Source: Patescibacteria group bacterium
Lineage (GTDB): Bacteria; Patescibacteriota; Patescibacteriia; UBA9934; GWF2-40-263
NCBI GenBank assembly: GCA_041661745.1
Contig: JBAZTR010000004.1
Coordinates: 12,961 to 76,960, forward strand
Reading direction: 5' to 3'
DNA: 64,000 nucleotides
Shown here: piece by piece, positions 34,156 through 43,432 of the stretch
Position numbering within the stretch: the stretch's first letter is position 1
How the letters are laid out: each line of letters begins with the position of its first letter
The notes under the pieces: model-generated
The model's input: the letters and a program-made list of their open reading frames with translations, nothing else
Database searches by the model: none
What the model was told of the DNA's origin: nothing
Program-made: the position numbers and the translations under genes

Positions 34156-35016
34156 TCAATTGTTCGGATAAATCACCACGACCACTTTCGCTCCATTCAA
34201 GACATCCCCACCATTCCAATCATGCATCGCCTCCATGATGGTATCAAAAGAATATTGGTAATCGGCGCCAAGCCGTGTTCCCGGATCATTGGTAACAAAA
34301 GTAGTTTTGGTATAACCCTTCAAAACCAAAGCATGATAAAGCGGGCCTTCACCAGTAAAATTTGGGTTACCAAGCATGCGCCCAGCCGCCAGAATAATTA
34401 CCGGCCGACCGGCCACCAAATGTGCTTTCAAATCTTCAACAGTTGGATCTTCGATAACTTCAACTCTCTCGTAACCATACATCTGCTCGGCCAACACGGC
34501 TGTTTGCGCAGCCGTAGTGCTTTCAAAAAAACCAAACAACGCTTTTTCGTAATCAACAATTTTCAAAAGGTCGATGTCGGCCTGATTGGGGTCAATTTTT
34601 CCAGCCGGCCAGCCTTCGTAAAAAGCATTAACCATGTAAATAGCTGCTTCTTCACAAGCATCTTCGTGCACAACATCCCAGTTAGCCAACGGAGCTTGTG
34701 AGGTAAACGGTACAGCTAGGTTAAATTCAACCGGCATGGGTGTGGTAACCAGAACCGGAATTTCTTCCTCAGGTTCCTCTTCGACCACCGGGTCTGGTGT
34801 TGGCTCTTCAATTTCCTCAACAATTGGTGGTTCGACTACAGGGACAACAACCTCGCTCCCGACAACTTCTTCAAAGGTTTGCGGTGCTGGTGCCGCGGCC
34901 ATTCTTTGGGCGTCGCTCCAAAAATCTGTAATGTTGTCTTTTTGCCAAAACAAAATTCCAAAAATCAGAATTGGTCCTAACAGTATGGCAATAAAATAAA
35001 CGAAAATTTTTCTCAT
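34156..35016 (-). CDS. Membrane-anchored peptidase C39-like (papain-fold) domain protein
   Basis: N-terminal TM, a Pro/Glu-rich linker, then catalytic Cys (VHEDACEEAAIYM) and His (LYHALVLKGY) of the Peptidase_C39_2 type. 286 aa. Confidence 0.6.
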   Translation of the reverse strand: MRKIFVYFIAILLGPILIFGILFWQKDNITDFWSDAQRMAAAPAPQTFEEVVGSEVVVPVVEPPIVEEIEEPTPDPVVEEEPEEEIPVLVTTPMPVEFNLAVPFTSQAPLANWDVVHEDACEEAAIYMVNAFYEGWPAGKIDPNQADIDLLKIVDYEKALFGFFESTTAAQTAVLAEQMYGYERVEVIEDPTVEDLKAHLVAGRPVIILAAGRMLGNPNFTGEGPLYHALVLKGYTKTTFVTNDPGTRLGADYQYSFDTIMEAMHDWNGGDVLNGAKVVVVIYPNN

Positions 35017-35017
35017 A

Positions 35018-36412
35018 TTAAGAAAATTGTTTAGCCACCCAGTCCTTTAAGAGCCAGGTAGCCTTAACATCATCTTTATTATACGTCAATATTTTTTCCA
35101 AAGTTTGTTTATCACCGTTTTTTAAATATTCCTCAAACCAACGCACCGCCTGCACTCCCGAAGCATCTTCGGCTTGCCATTTATAACCAACGTACGCGCC
35201 AAGATCTTTTAGTGAATAAAACGAAAGAGGAAAAATCACCGCCGGACGAAGAAGAAATAACAGGTCATGCATTCGCCCCTCGATTTGCGAACGAAGTTCG
35301 TCAGGTAAAAAATACTTGGCGGCAAAACGACGAAAAACTTCCATCTCAAACCACCCATAATGATAAATCGGCGCGTCTTCCCTTTTTAAAACAAACTCAA
35401 TAAATTTTCGCCACATTTCACCTTCGTCTTCTGGTTTTTCAGCCAGGAATGGATAGTAGTGACTTTTGCCGCTCTTAACTTCAAGAACACCAAAAAGGAA
35501 ATCCAAATCCCGAAGTGGATCGCTTTCAATATCAAAATAAAGTTCGGTCGTAGCCTCGGGAAATTCTGGTTCAGACAAAAGAATGTGACGATTCTCGACA
35601 ATTGCTTCGGCCTGGCGGCGCAACAAATCAAGGCGATCATAACGCACGGCCGGGGCTAATTTTTCCAAATCAGATAAAGAAATTTTTGCTAAATCCTCCA
35701 AAGTCTTAATACCAATTTTTTGTAGAGCAGCCACCTCTTCGCGCCAAACACGATTCAAAACCGAAAGATCGCGACAGTTTTCCGATTCCAATCGACATGC
35801 TCCATACCACGGCGATTGCTTGCAACCGGCTGTTAAAAAGTGAGCCGGTTTTTCCCCAGCCACAACGCGCTCGATTTCCGACAGCGACAAATGGAAATAC
35901 GCTTCAAACTCTTCAATTAAATATCCGACAATCTTCTTATCTGGTGTGATGATATAACCCTGAAATGGTTTTGCCCCCTGCAAGCGCGACAAAAGCTCGG
36001 CATAAAAACAACCTTGAAACTTGTAAGCATCGCGAACATCGCGCGATCTCTTTACATCGGCCGCTACATAATAATAATTACCAAAAATCGAATGACCCTC
36101 CACCTTGGCCAAAATGTCGGGATTACCAACCCAATGTCCGTGTACTAAAACACCTTTATAAATAGTTTCCCGACCCTCACGCATGAAATCAAGTGTCTGG
36201 TGAAAAGCGTCGTCAGGATCTTCGGCTGTGACTTCAACCAAATCAGGGCGATCGTTAATCAGCTCACGCTCTTTTTCCGGCAACAAGCCATCATCAAGCA
36301 AACGCGAAAGCAGCGGATCAACGGCCGCTTCAGCCTCATGGACATCGCGATACACCCAGCTGGGGCACTTAAGGTATTTGTAGAAAGTTTTTTCGGTAAT
36401 TTGTTTGGCCAT
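35018..36412 (-). CDS. RecB-family (Cas4-like PD-(D/E)xK) nuclease-like protein, TM0106-type
   Basis: N-terminal YKYLKCPSWVY Cas4/RecB-like motif, with cysteines near the C-terminal region. 464 aa. The family call is tentative. Confidence 0.45.
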   Translation of the reverse strand: MAKQITEKTFYKYLKCPSWVYRDVHEAEAAVDPLLSRLLDDGLLPEKERELINDRPDLVEVTAEDPDDAFHQTLDFMREGRETIYKGVLVHGHWVGNPDILAKVEGHSIFGNYYYVAADVKRSRDVRDAYKFQGCFYAELLSRLQGAKPFQGYIITPDKKIVGYLIEEFEAYFHLSLSEIERVVAGEKPAHFLTAGCKQSPWYGACRLESENCRDLSVLNRVWREEVAALQKIGIKTLEDLAKISLSDLEKLAPAVRYDRLDLLRRQAEAIVENRHILLSEPEFPEATTELYFDIESDPLRDLDFLFGVLEVKSGKSHYYPFLAEKPEDEGEMWRKFIEFVLKREDAPIYHYGWFEMEVFRRFAAKYFLPDELRSQIEGRMHDLLFLLRPAVIFPLSFYSLKDLGAYVGYKWQAEDASGVQAVRWFEEYLKNGDKQTLEKILTYNKDDVKATWLLKDWVAKQFS

Positions 36413-36509
36413 GCTTTTATATTATAGCAGTAAAAACACAAAAAATGTAAAAGTTGCCTTCTTTTAAAAAATAAGATAAAAAGGACTCAGTAACCCCGGG
36501 GAGTCAATC

Positions 36510-36953
36510 ATGGGAACGTTCTTCACCATCATCGTTTGGCTGGTCACCATCGTCTTCGCCGTTATTCTCGGCGCCGTGGCCATTGTGTGGCTCATCGTGG
36601 TGGGCTTTCTCATCTGGATGGCTGTCGCTGCCATCTTTAGATTCTTCGACAAGGTCTCCCGTCCGACCATCCAGGGTGTCGGCCAGGTCATCGGCAGGCA
36701 CTTCATGCCGGAGCACGAAGAGGAATACACCCAAATGATCGGCGAGGACACGTTCAACAGAACCAGAACCGTCCCTGACTGCTGGACGGTCAAGGTCAGG
36801 CTGTTCGGCTGCGATGGCACGCTCGAGGTGGATCAGGACACCTACAACAAGCTCCGGGTCGACGACCAGGTCGCCGTCGATTATCGCCTCGGCCGTTTCA
36901 GCGGCCAGCCCCACATGTACGACGTCAGACCTCTCCTCTCCGCAGTGGCGTAG
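36510..36953 (+). CDS. GC-rich small membrane protein (2 TM) with soluble C-terminal domain, moron-like unit
   Basis: About 60% GC. GGGGAG Shine-Dalgarno. Bidirectional terminator at 36977..37008. Confidence 0.5.
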   Translation: MGTFFTIIVWLVTIVFAVILGAVAIVWLIVVGFLIWMAVAAIFRFFDKVSRPTIQGVGQVIGRHFMPEHEEEYTQMIGEDTFNRTRTVPDCWTVKVRLFGCDGTLEVDQDTYNKLRVDDQVAVDYRLGRFSGQPHMYDVRPLLSAVA

Positions 36954-36976
36954 CTTGCGCCGCTGTTTTTTATAAA

Positions 36977-37008
36977 CAAAAACCACCGAGATAATCTTGG
37001 TGGTTTTT
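36977..37008. terminator. Bidirectional intrinsic terminator (aaaaaccaccgagataatcttggtggttttt)
   Basis: Hairpin flanked by A-run and T-run, lying between convergent genes. Confidence 0.7.
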
Positions 37009-37022
37009 ATTTTTACAAAATT

Positions 37023-37646
37023 TTACTTTTTATCTTCCACGGTCACTTTAACCATTTCATCACCAATTTTTATTTGATCAACAACCTCCAAACCTTCGGT
37101 TACTCGACCAAAGATGGTGTATTTCTTGGGCAGTGGGGTATCGGCCAACATGATAAAGAATTGCGAACCGTTGGTGTTGCTACCGGCGTTAGCCATGGCC
37201 ACTATGCCGCGTTCATAAGTATAATCGTCGCTTAATTCATCATTAAATCTATAACCAGGACCACCGCGACCAGTGCCGAGCGGGTCACCACCTTGAATTA
37301 CAAAACCTTCATCACGACGATGAAAAATCAAACCATCGTAATAACCCTCATTGGTTAAATAAACAAAGTTGGAAACCGCCATTGGCGCAGTTTCATTATA
37401 AAGTTCAAAAACAATATCACCTTTGGCCGTGGTAATACGGACCTGTTTGTTTTGGATTTGGTCGTTCGTTAAAACGCCGGGGAAAGTATAAATTTTTACA
37501 GGATTCACAGCGGTTGAAGTAGTAACCGACGAATTAATATTAGTTGGAGTTGTTGAATTTGCCGCTGACTGCGTGTCGGTATTACCGCAACCGCTAAGCA
37601 AAAGCAAAGACAGCGCCAGAAGCGCTACTGATTTATTTAACTTCAT
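37023..37646 (-). CDS. Cyclophilin-type peptidyl-prolyl cis-trans isomerase, lipoprotein
   Basis: Lipobox LLLLSGC at the N-terminus. Cyclophilin motifs FHRRDEGFVIQGGDP and GIVAMANAGSNTNGSQFFI. Confidence 0.85.
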   Translation of the reverse strand: MKLNKSVALLALSLLLLSGCGNTDTQSAANSTTPTNINSSVTTSTAVNPVKIYTFPGVLTNDQIQNKQVRITTAKGDIVFELYNETAPMAVSNFVYLTNEGYYDGLIFHRRDEGFVIQGGDPLGTGRGGPGYRFNDELSDDYTYERGIVAMANAGSNTNGSQFFIMLADTPLPKKYTIFGRVTEGLEVVDQIKIGDEMVKVTVEDKK

Positions 37647-37892
37647 AGTTTTAAATCATTGTTTGAAGCAGAAAGAACGAAAGAGCAACAACTAATCCAC
37701 CAAAAATTATGTGAACGACCGATTCGATTTCACCGGTCTGGCCACAGCAATTGCCGCAGCAACATTTTTCCTTGGCCGCCATTTTTTTGGCGGAAACTTT
37801 TTTTGGCATATCCCCCTAGTGATTATTTTGTTTTAATTATTGACTTGGGTTATTATACCAGAGGAGCTAAAAAAATAAAATGTGGAAAAATT

Positions 37893-38456
37893 ATGACATA
37901 CGAAGCTAAAAATTTCGAACACTTAATAGGTTTGCCGGGGATTAGCGAGGTTTTGTTAAAAAACCATTTCACGTTATACCAGGGTTACGTGACAAATGTG
38001 AATAAACTGGCCGAAAAATCCGGGACAATTGAAATCGGTTCATTGGAATATGCCGAACTCAAACGTCGTTTTGGTTGGGAATGGAACGGAATGTATTTGC
38101 ACGAACTTTATTTTGGTAACTTAACCAAAGACTTCAAGCCTTTGAATCCGGAAAGTGATTTGTATAAAAAAATAACCGAAAGATTCGGTTCTTACGAAAA
38201 CTGGGAAAAAGATTTTCGAGCCACGGCGGCCATGCGCGGCATTGGTTGGGTAATTCTGGCCGCTGACAAAACCGAAGGAAGACTTTTTAATGTCTGGATT
38301 GGCGAACATGATGTTGGGCATCTCGCCGGCACCACACCACTTTTGGTTATGGATGTTTTTGAACACGCTTTTATGCTTGACTATGGCACCAAGCGCGCCG
38401 ATTACATCGAAGTTTTTATGAAAAATATTGATTGGTCAGCAGTGGAAAAAAGATAA
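37893..38456 (+). CDS. sodA: Fe/Mn superoxide dismutase
   Basis: GWEWNG…WVILA…DVFEHAF metal-binding signature. The track ORF starts at 37659, so Met at 37893 is preferred. Confidence 0.8.
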   Translation: MTYEAKNFEHLIGLPGISEVLLKNHFTLYQGYVTNVNKLAEKSGTIEIGSLEYAELKRRFGWEWNGMYLHELYFGNLTKDFKPLNPESDLYKKITERFGSYENWEKDFRATAAMRGIGWVILAADKTEGRLFNVWIGEHDVGHLAGTTPLLVMDVFEHAFMLDYGTKRADYIEVFMKNIDWSAVEKR

Positions 38457-39500
38457 TTATTCCCACGGCAAACCTTCTCGCCCAAACTGTCCGTAAACGG
38501 AAACCGCGCGATACCGCGGTTTCTTTAAATCCATTTTTTCGACAATGTCGTCAAGGTTAAAATTATAATTTTGTTTAACGTATTCCAAAAGAGTTCCCCC
38601 TCCCTCACTGGGGGAGGGCTGGGGAGAGGGATTTGAAGATTTGACGTCAATCATTACCGGTTCGGAACGTCCCAGAGTGTAAGTCAAAGAAACAACAGCC
38701 GAATCAGCCTTCCCTTCCTTAACCAATTGCTTGGCAACATATCTGGCCATGTAAGCTCCGGCCCGTTCGGCTCGCTGAGGATCCTTGCCAATAGGCGAAG
38801 AATCGCCGTGCGGTACCAGCCCGCCATAAAAATCCGCGGCCGCGCGTCGACCACTTACCCCAGCCTCGGACTGAAAACCTTGGGTAGAAAATTGCCCAAT
38901 GGGATTTATAAAAATTTGCGCTTGCTCGCCGCCAATAATCGGGGCTACCACACGCTCCAACAAACGGGCTTGAACATCAATCGGAGCAACGTCTGCCGCG
39001 TGACTGGCTAAAAGGGTTACGGCCGAAACTTTTTTCCCTTCCATTACCACTTGTGCTTTACCATCAGCTCCCAGCCAGTGAAACGAAGGGTCGAGTCGGC
39101 GCAAATCATCAAGACGACGAACCAAACCTTGGGCCAGAACCATAGGAAGTGGAAGAAACTCACGCGTCTCGCGGGTGGCGTAACCGTTCACGACAACCGT
39201 GTCGTACGAACCGTGTATTTTTTTTATTTCCTCGGAAGAACTTTCGATATTTACAAAAACTTCAATTTCATCAGAATAACCAATTTCGTGATACATTTGT
39301 TTGGCCAACGAGGCCACGTCAAAATCGGCCGTGGAATTAACTTCCCCGCCAACCATAACCATGCCGTGTGAACCCAAAACTTTAATGTCCAAACGGCTGT
39401 CCGGATCGCGCCGCAAATATTCATCAACAATACCGTCGGCGATTTGATCGCAGATTTTATCAGAATGTCCGGCACAAAGTGCTTCAACGGTTTTCGACAT
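38457..39500 (-). CDS. metK: S-adenosylmethionine synthetase (bacterial type) with in-frame PE-C insertion
   Basis: GHSDKICDQIADGIVDEYL N-terminus. About 14 extra residues (SNPSPQPSPSEGGG) are encoded by the PE-C repeat at 38593..38640. Confidence 0.8.
   Translation of the reverse strand: MSKTVEALCAGHSDKICDQIADGIVDEYLRRDPDSRLDIKVLGSHGMVMVGGEVNSTADFDVASLAKQMYHEIGYSDEIEVFVNIESSSEEIKKIHGSYDTVVVNGYATRETREFLPLPMVLAQGLVRRLDDLRRLDPSFHWLGADGKAQVVMEGKKVSAVTLLASHAADVAPIDVQARLLERVVAPIIGGEQAQIFINPIGQFSTQGFQSEAGVSGRRAAADFYGGLVPHGDSSPIGKDPQRAERAGAYMARYVAKQLVKEGKADSAVVSLTYTLGRSEPVMIDVKSSNPSPQPSPSEGGGTLLEYVKQNYNFNLDDIVEKMDLKKPRYRAVSVYGQFGREGLPWE
38593..38640. repeat. PE-C element inserted in-frame within metK
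   Basis: ccccctccctcactgggggagggctggggagaggg lies inside the metK reading frame. Confidence 0.75.
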
Positions 39501-39609
39501 ATAGCGGCCTTAGGTTAACAACTTTTTCTGGTAAAAGCAACCCTACCTTTAAGGAGTTACTGTTTCCTGTTAAGATAAAATCGAACAATAACTATTAATA
39601 AATTTTATA

Positions 39610-39783
39610 TGGAATTATCTGAAGTCGCCTCGATCTTAGAAAGTCTAAGAGAAAAGGTCGGGAGTATGGAAACAAAAGTTCGAGATATTGAAAGTTACAT
39701 GGTTAAAAAAGACCACCTTGACGGAAGAATCACTGAAATTAAAGATGAACTTTCCGACATAAAAGCCGCGTGCGCAAAATAAA
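39610..39783 (+). CDS. Small coiled-coil protein (57 aa), not in the ORF track
   Basis: ATG 39610 … TAA 39781–39783, giving MELSEVASILESLREKVGSMETKVRDIESYMVKKDHLDGRITEIKDELSDIKAACAK. A PE-C palindrome and terminator follow. Confidence 0.35.
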
Positions 39784-39866
39784 TCTGCTTCCCCTCTCCT
39801 TACGAAGGAGAGGGGTGTAGGGGTGAGGTAAACAAAAAACCATCCTTTCTTAGGGTGGTTTTTTGT
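39783..39866. repeat. PE-C element (cccctctcc-ttacgaa-ggagagggg-tgtaggggtgagg) plus terminator hairpin
   Basis: Perfect 9-bp inverted repeat, then aaccatcctttcttagggtggtttttt. Confidence 0.8.
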
Positions 39867-41290
39867 TCCGTATCAACTCAACAGTTCCGCGTGCATCCCT
39901 TTTGACGAGACGCTTAGCGAGAGAGCGATAAACTCCCCGCCAAATTTAATGAACATGATTCTGTCGAGCTGGTATAGCGAATCGTCTGTCTGGAACAGAC
40001 GATTCGAGATTTGTGAGTGCGAACGTCGGGTGTTAATTGAGAAGGAGGAGTGGGCGGCCGCTGGAGGGTGTGCGGCCGCCCTTTTAGTTGATCAGTGTAG
40101 CGCCTTTTTTCACGACCGAAGTCGTGGCCCGGAGAGCTTTTTTACTCCCGAGCAATAACGGCGCACATGGTCACCTCCTCTTTTTCTCTACTAAATCTCC
40201 GAGCAACTCAGAAACTTGGTGGAGTGGGGGAAAACGGAGTGCGTGTCCCCCGAGACTCCTGTCACAACTTCCTTGCGACAGAGTAGGAACAGTTCGCTTA
40301 ACCGGCGTCTCGCGACTCCGGAGGGCCAACTGAAAAGCCCTTTTGTGTTCTGCTATTTCTAGCCCCAGAACTGTTGGGCCGAGGTTGTGTTAGGTCGCGA
40401 GCCTAACGGCGTCACTTGTTTTTCGCAATACTTGATCAACACGCATTCGTACTAGTGTTTGGAATTGCTCGTCAACGGTCCGTGAACGGACTCGTCCGCT
40501 TACCAAATCCCCTATCGAATTACCATGTCTTTCAAGAATCACTACTCGCAAGCCGCGAACTCTGTCCTGCGTCTCCGCAGACCACCTACATTCAGTACTC
40601 CACTGTTGCAGCTTTCGCTGATCAGTCAGTGTTTCCCTTTCGAGTGGCGAGATTCGCGCTACCAACGCCGGCTAGTCCTGATATTTTGGTCGGATGGGCG
40701 ACCAGCTTATTCCCATCCGTTGCCCTACATCGTCTCCACTCAATCTCCTTCACCAACAGTTTCGCTTCGTTGGCGCGCCGGTTCTTGGGAGACACCGGAA
40801 CAGAGTTTCTTTGCCGCACTATCCGCCTTGTGCAGCCAACGCTGGGGGTGGTTTCCGGACCCCAGGCAGGTTTCCTCTCTAGGCCCTAAGGCGACGAGGA
40901 TTTCGCGCAACCTGCAGCGCGCCGTTCATCCCGCCCACACCATGTGAGCGGGACCGGAGGAGAAATTCTTCTGATTAACCAAACTGCGAGTCGAACATCG
41001 CAGTCTCCTTGGTTGGGGGGGGGGGAACGACCCTTCTCTTGAGGACATGAGCCAGTCAGTCCTCCAACTGTGTCCAACCCAATGGGAGGGACAACCACCT
41101 CTTTCGAAGTGGTGCAGCGGGGTGCAGCCGACGTCCGACCGAAGTCGGACAATGAGCACAGGCGGCCTAGCACCCCCACAATCCGCGACTTTGTAGTCGT
41201 GAACTTTGGGGGTGACAGGAAAATTAGGAGAGTAAATATACCACATTTTGGCCACTTTGTCAAGATTAAATGGCCGTATTTTGGCTTATT
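39867..41290. other. GC-rich (about 58–60%) 1.4-kb island without credible ORF; candidate structured non-coding RNA or decayed foreign DNA
   Basis: Only short, mutually overlapping ORFs in several frames. A promoter-like ttgacg-N17-gataaa lies near 39900. Stable tetraloop hairpins cacgac-cgaa-gtcgtg and tccgac-cgaa-gtcgga are present. Confidence 0.4.
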
Positions 41291-41293
41291 TTA

Positions 41294-41400
41294 GCTAAGG
41301 AGGCTAGGAGGGTAGGAAGCTAGGAGACTAGGCAGATGCGAGTTAAAGACTAGATTCCTAGCCTCCTAGCATCCTAGCCTCCTAAAAGTCTCCTAAAAGT
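41294..41400. repeat. PE-T compound element (inverted pair)
   Basis: aggaggctaggagggtaggaagctaggagactagg … cctagcctcctagcatcctagcctcctaaaagtctcctaaaag. Confidence 0.75.
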
Positions 41401-41464
41401 TGACAAGAAATAAAAAAACCACTAGTTTTAGTGGCCGCGACTTAAAACCTTAGCCAATTGGCTT

Positions 41465-41878
41465 TTGGGAGACAACGTGGAAGAGAACCTCTCTACTGAC
41501 AGCTATTTCGGCGATACTTTTGTTAACATCGCCCTCAGGTGTGCAGCTCGCGATGGCCTCGACGCCGGGAATCGTCTCCTCGCCTTCAGATTGATGAAGA
41601 CTGCTGATTCTGGAGACAAGCTGGCTGAAAAGTGCTGCCAGCTCCGCCTCACCTTCCAGATCGTGCCGGCCACAGCCGAATGCAAGGCTCATGTCGAGAC
41701 CTGGGAAGAGGTCGCTCTGAGGATGCTCACGGACAAGCTCCGTCGAGAAGGCCCGGGCGAAGCCCTCGAGTTCATGAGGCAGTTCTCCGAGCTCGGAAAG
41801 ACCGATCCCGCCTTCACCGACGAAATGAGGGAACAGGTCAGCGAATACATCAGGAACACGGTTCCGCGACAGACCTAG
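41465..41878 (+). CDS. GC-rich hypothetical protein (137 aa), moron-like unit
   Basis: About 60% GC. Terminator at 41895..41916 (ccagcc-aacc-ggctgg + T6). Confidence 0.45.
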   Translation: MGDNVEENLSTDSYFGDTFVNIALRCAARDGLDAGNRLLAFRLMKTADSGDKLAEKCCQLRLTFQIVPATAECKAHVETWEEVALRMLTDKLRREGPGEALEFMRQFSELGKTDPAFTDEMREQVSEYIRNTVPRQT

Positions 41879-41894
41879 TTCCCTCTCCGCTCCG

Positions 41895-41916
41895 CCAGCC
41901 AACCGGCTGGTTTTTT
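41895..41916 (+). terminator. Intrinsic terminator
   Basis: 6-bp GC stem plus T6. Confidence 0.7.
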
Positions 41917-42976
41917 AATAAATAAACATCGCATCACCAAAAGAATAAAAACGATATTTTTCTTTTATCGCTTCTTCGTACGCTCGCAAAATATTTTCTC
42001 GACCAGCCAAGGCTGAAACCAAAACCAACAACGTTGATTTTGGTAAATGAAAATTAGTAATGAGTCCGTCAATAACATTAAATTTGAAACCCGGGGTGAT
42101 AAAAATATTTACTTCACCTAAAAAACCGTTTTCCGGAAGTTGGTCGTTATTCATTTTAGCTACTCCTTCAAGAGCGCGGGTGGTCGTTGTCCCCACAGCG
42201 ATAATTCTTCGTCCTTCCTTTTTTGCGGCATTAATTTTTTGGGCCACCTCGGCTTTTACTTCCACCAACTCTGAATGCATTTCGTGTTCTTCAAGAGTTT
42301 CAGTTTTCACCGGGCGAAAAGTCCCGAGCCCCACGTGTAATGTCACAAATTCAATCTCAATTCCCTTCTCTTTTATTTTTTGTAATAATTCTTTTGTAAA
42401 GTGAAACCCGGCTGTGGGCGCGGCCACTGATCCGGTTTCGCGAGCATAAACCGTTTGATATGTTTCCAATTTTTCCGGAATCTTTTTTACATAAGGCGGC
42501 ACGGGAATCTCACCATGTTTGTCGGTAAAATCTAAGACCTCGGCGGCCGAAACGGAAAACTGCAATTCGGCCGTGCCATCTTCGGCTTTACTTAAAACTT
42601 TTGCTTTTAATTCACCAAAATAAATTTCATCGCCAATTTTCACTTTTCGCCCCGGTTTCAACAAAGCCTGCCACACCTCTTCCGCCGAACGCAACAAAAA
42701 CACTTCTATTTCGTTTTCCCTTACCCTGCCCCGTAATCGCGCTTTAAAAACCTTGGTGTCGTTCATAACCAGAATGTCACCCGGACGAAGATATTCGATA
42801 ATTTCAAAAAAATGCCGATGTTCAAGGAAAGGCTCCTCAGCCCTTCCCAGCCCTTCAAGACCCTTCCCAGCCCTTTCCAACACCAAAAGCCGCGATGAAT
42901 CGCGCGGTTCGACCGGAGTTTGGGCAATCAGCTCAACTGGCAAATTGTAGTCAAAAAGGGAAATCGGGGTGGTCAT
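41915..42976 (-). CDS. queA: S-adenosylmethionine:tRNA ribosyltransferase-isomerase
   Basis: N-terminal LFDYNLPVELIAQTPVEPRDSSRLLVL and the C-terminal GTTTTRALE region. Carries an in-frame low-complexity tandem-repeat insertion (GKGLEGLGRAEEP). Confidence 0.85.
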   Translation of the reverse strand: MTTPISLFDYNLPVELIAQTPVEPRDSSRLLVLERAGKGLEGLGRAEEPFLEHRHFFEIIEYLRPGDILVMNDTKVFKARLRGRVRENEIEVFLLRSAEEVWQALLKPGRKVKIGDEIYFGELKAKVLSKAEDGTAELQFSVSAAEVLDFTDKHGEIPVPPYVKKIPEKLETYQTVYARETGSVAAPTAGFHFTKELLQKIKEKGIEIEFVTLHVGLGTFRPVKTETLEEHEMHSELVEVKAEVAQKINAAKKEGRRIIAVGTTTTRALEGVAKMNNDQLPENGFLGEVNIFITPGFKFNVIDGLITNFHLPKSTLLVLVSALAGRENILRAYEEAIKEKYRFYSFGDAMFIY

Positions 42977-43041
42977 AATATGGATATAATGCCAGAGGTT
43001 GACAGAAAATCCAACAATTGATATATTTTGCCCGTTACAAT

Positions 43042-43377
43042 ATGAGAAAAGAAATTCATCCGAAATACTTTAAAGACGCCAAAATCACCTGTGCCTGTGG
43101 CGCAGTACACAATATTGGCTCGACTATCGAAGACATTCAAGTTGAACTTTGTTCAAAGTGTCATCCTTTTTATACTGGTGAAAAATCCAAGATGTTAGAC
43201 ACGGCTCGTCGCGTTGAAAAGTTTACGGAACGTGCCTCCAAAAAGACTGAAAAGGTCACTGGTAAAAAGGTTAAAAAGATAAAGCGCGCTGCCCAAAAGG
43301 CGGCCAAGGGTCCAAAGTTTGAGGAAGAAAAAGGTATTGTTATAAAAAAGCTTAAGACCAAGAAAAAATCCGCGTAG
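43042..43377 (+). CDS. rpmE: 50S ribosomal protein L31 with Lys-rich C-terminal extension
   Basis: MRKEIHPKY…CxC…C..CHPFYTG zinc ribbon. The track ORF starts at 43018, so Met at 43042 is preferred. Confidence 0.85.
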   Translation: MRKEIHPKYFKDAKITCACGAVHNIGSTIEDIQVELCSKCHPFYTGEKSKMLDTARRVEKFTERASKKTEKVTGKKVKKIKRAAQKAAKGPKFEEEKGIVIKKLKTKKKSA

Positions 43378-43432
43378 CTAATAAAAGCGTCTTTGGGTAT
43401 AATTAACCAGGACGCTTTTTGATTACATAAAT

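Noticed and set aside
40160-40185. 16S rRNA 3' end (ggtcacctcctc resembles the anti-SD GGATCACCTCCTT)
   Set aside because: No flanking conserved 16S motifs (for example GTACACACCGCCCGT), and no rRNA-like conservation around it. It is just a short chance match inside the GC-rich island.
39949-41294. Multiple 60–160-aa ORFs in both strands inside the GC-rich island (e.g. 40416..40889, 40525..40947, 40886..41263, 40926..41255)
   Set aside because: They are mutually overlapping in several frames, lack Shine-Dalgarno sequences and show no recognisable motifs. High GC reduces stop-codon frequency and generates such ORFs by chance.
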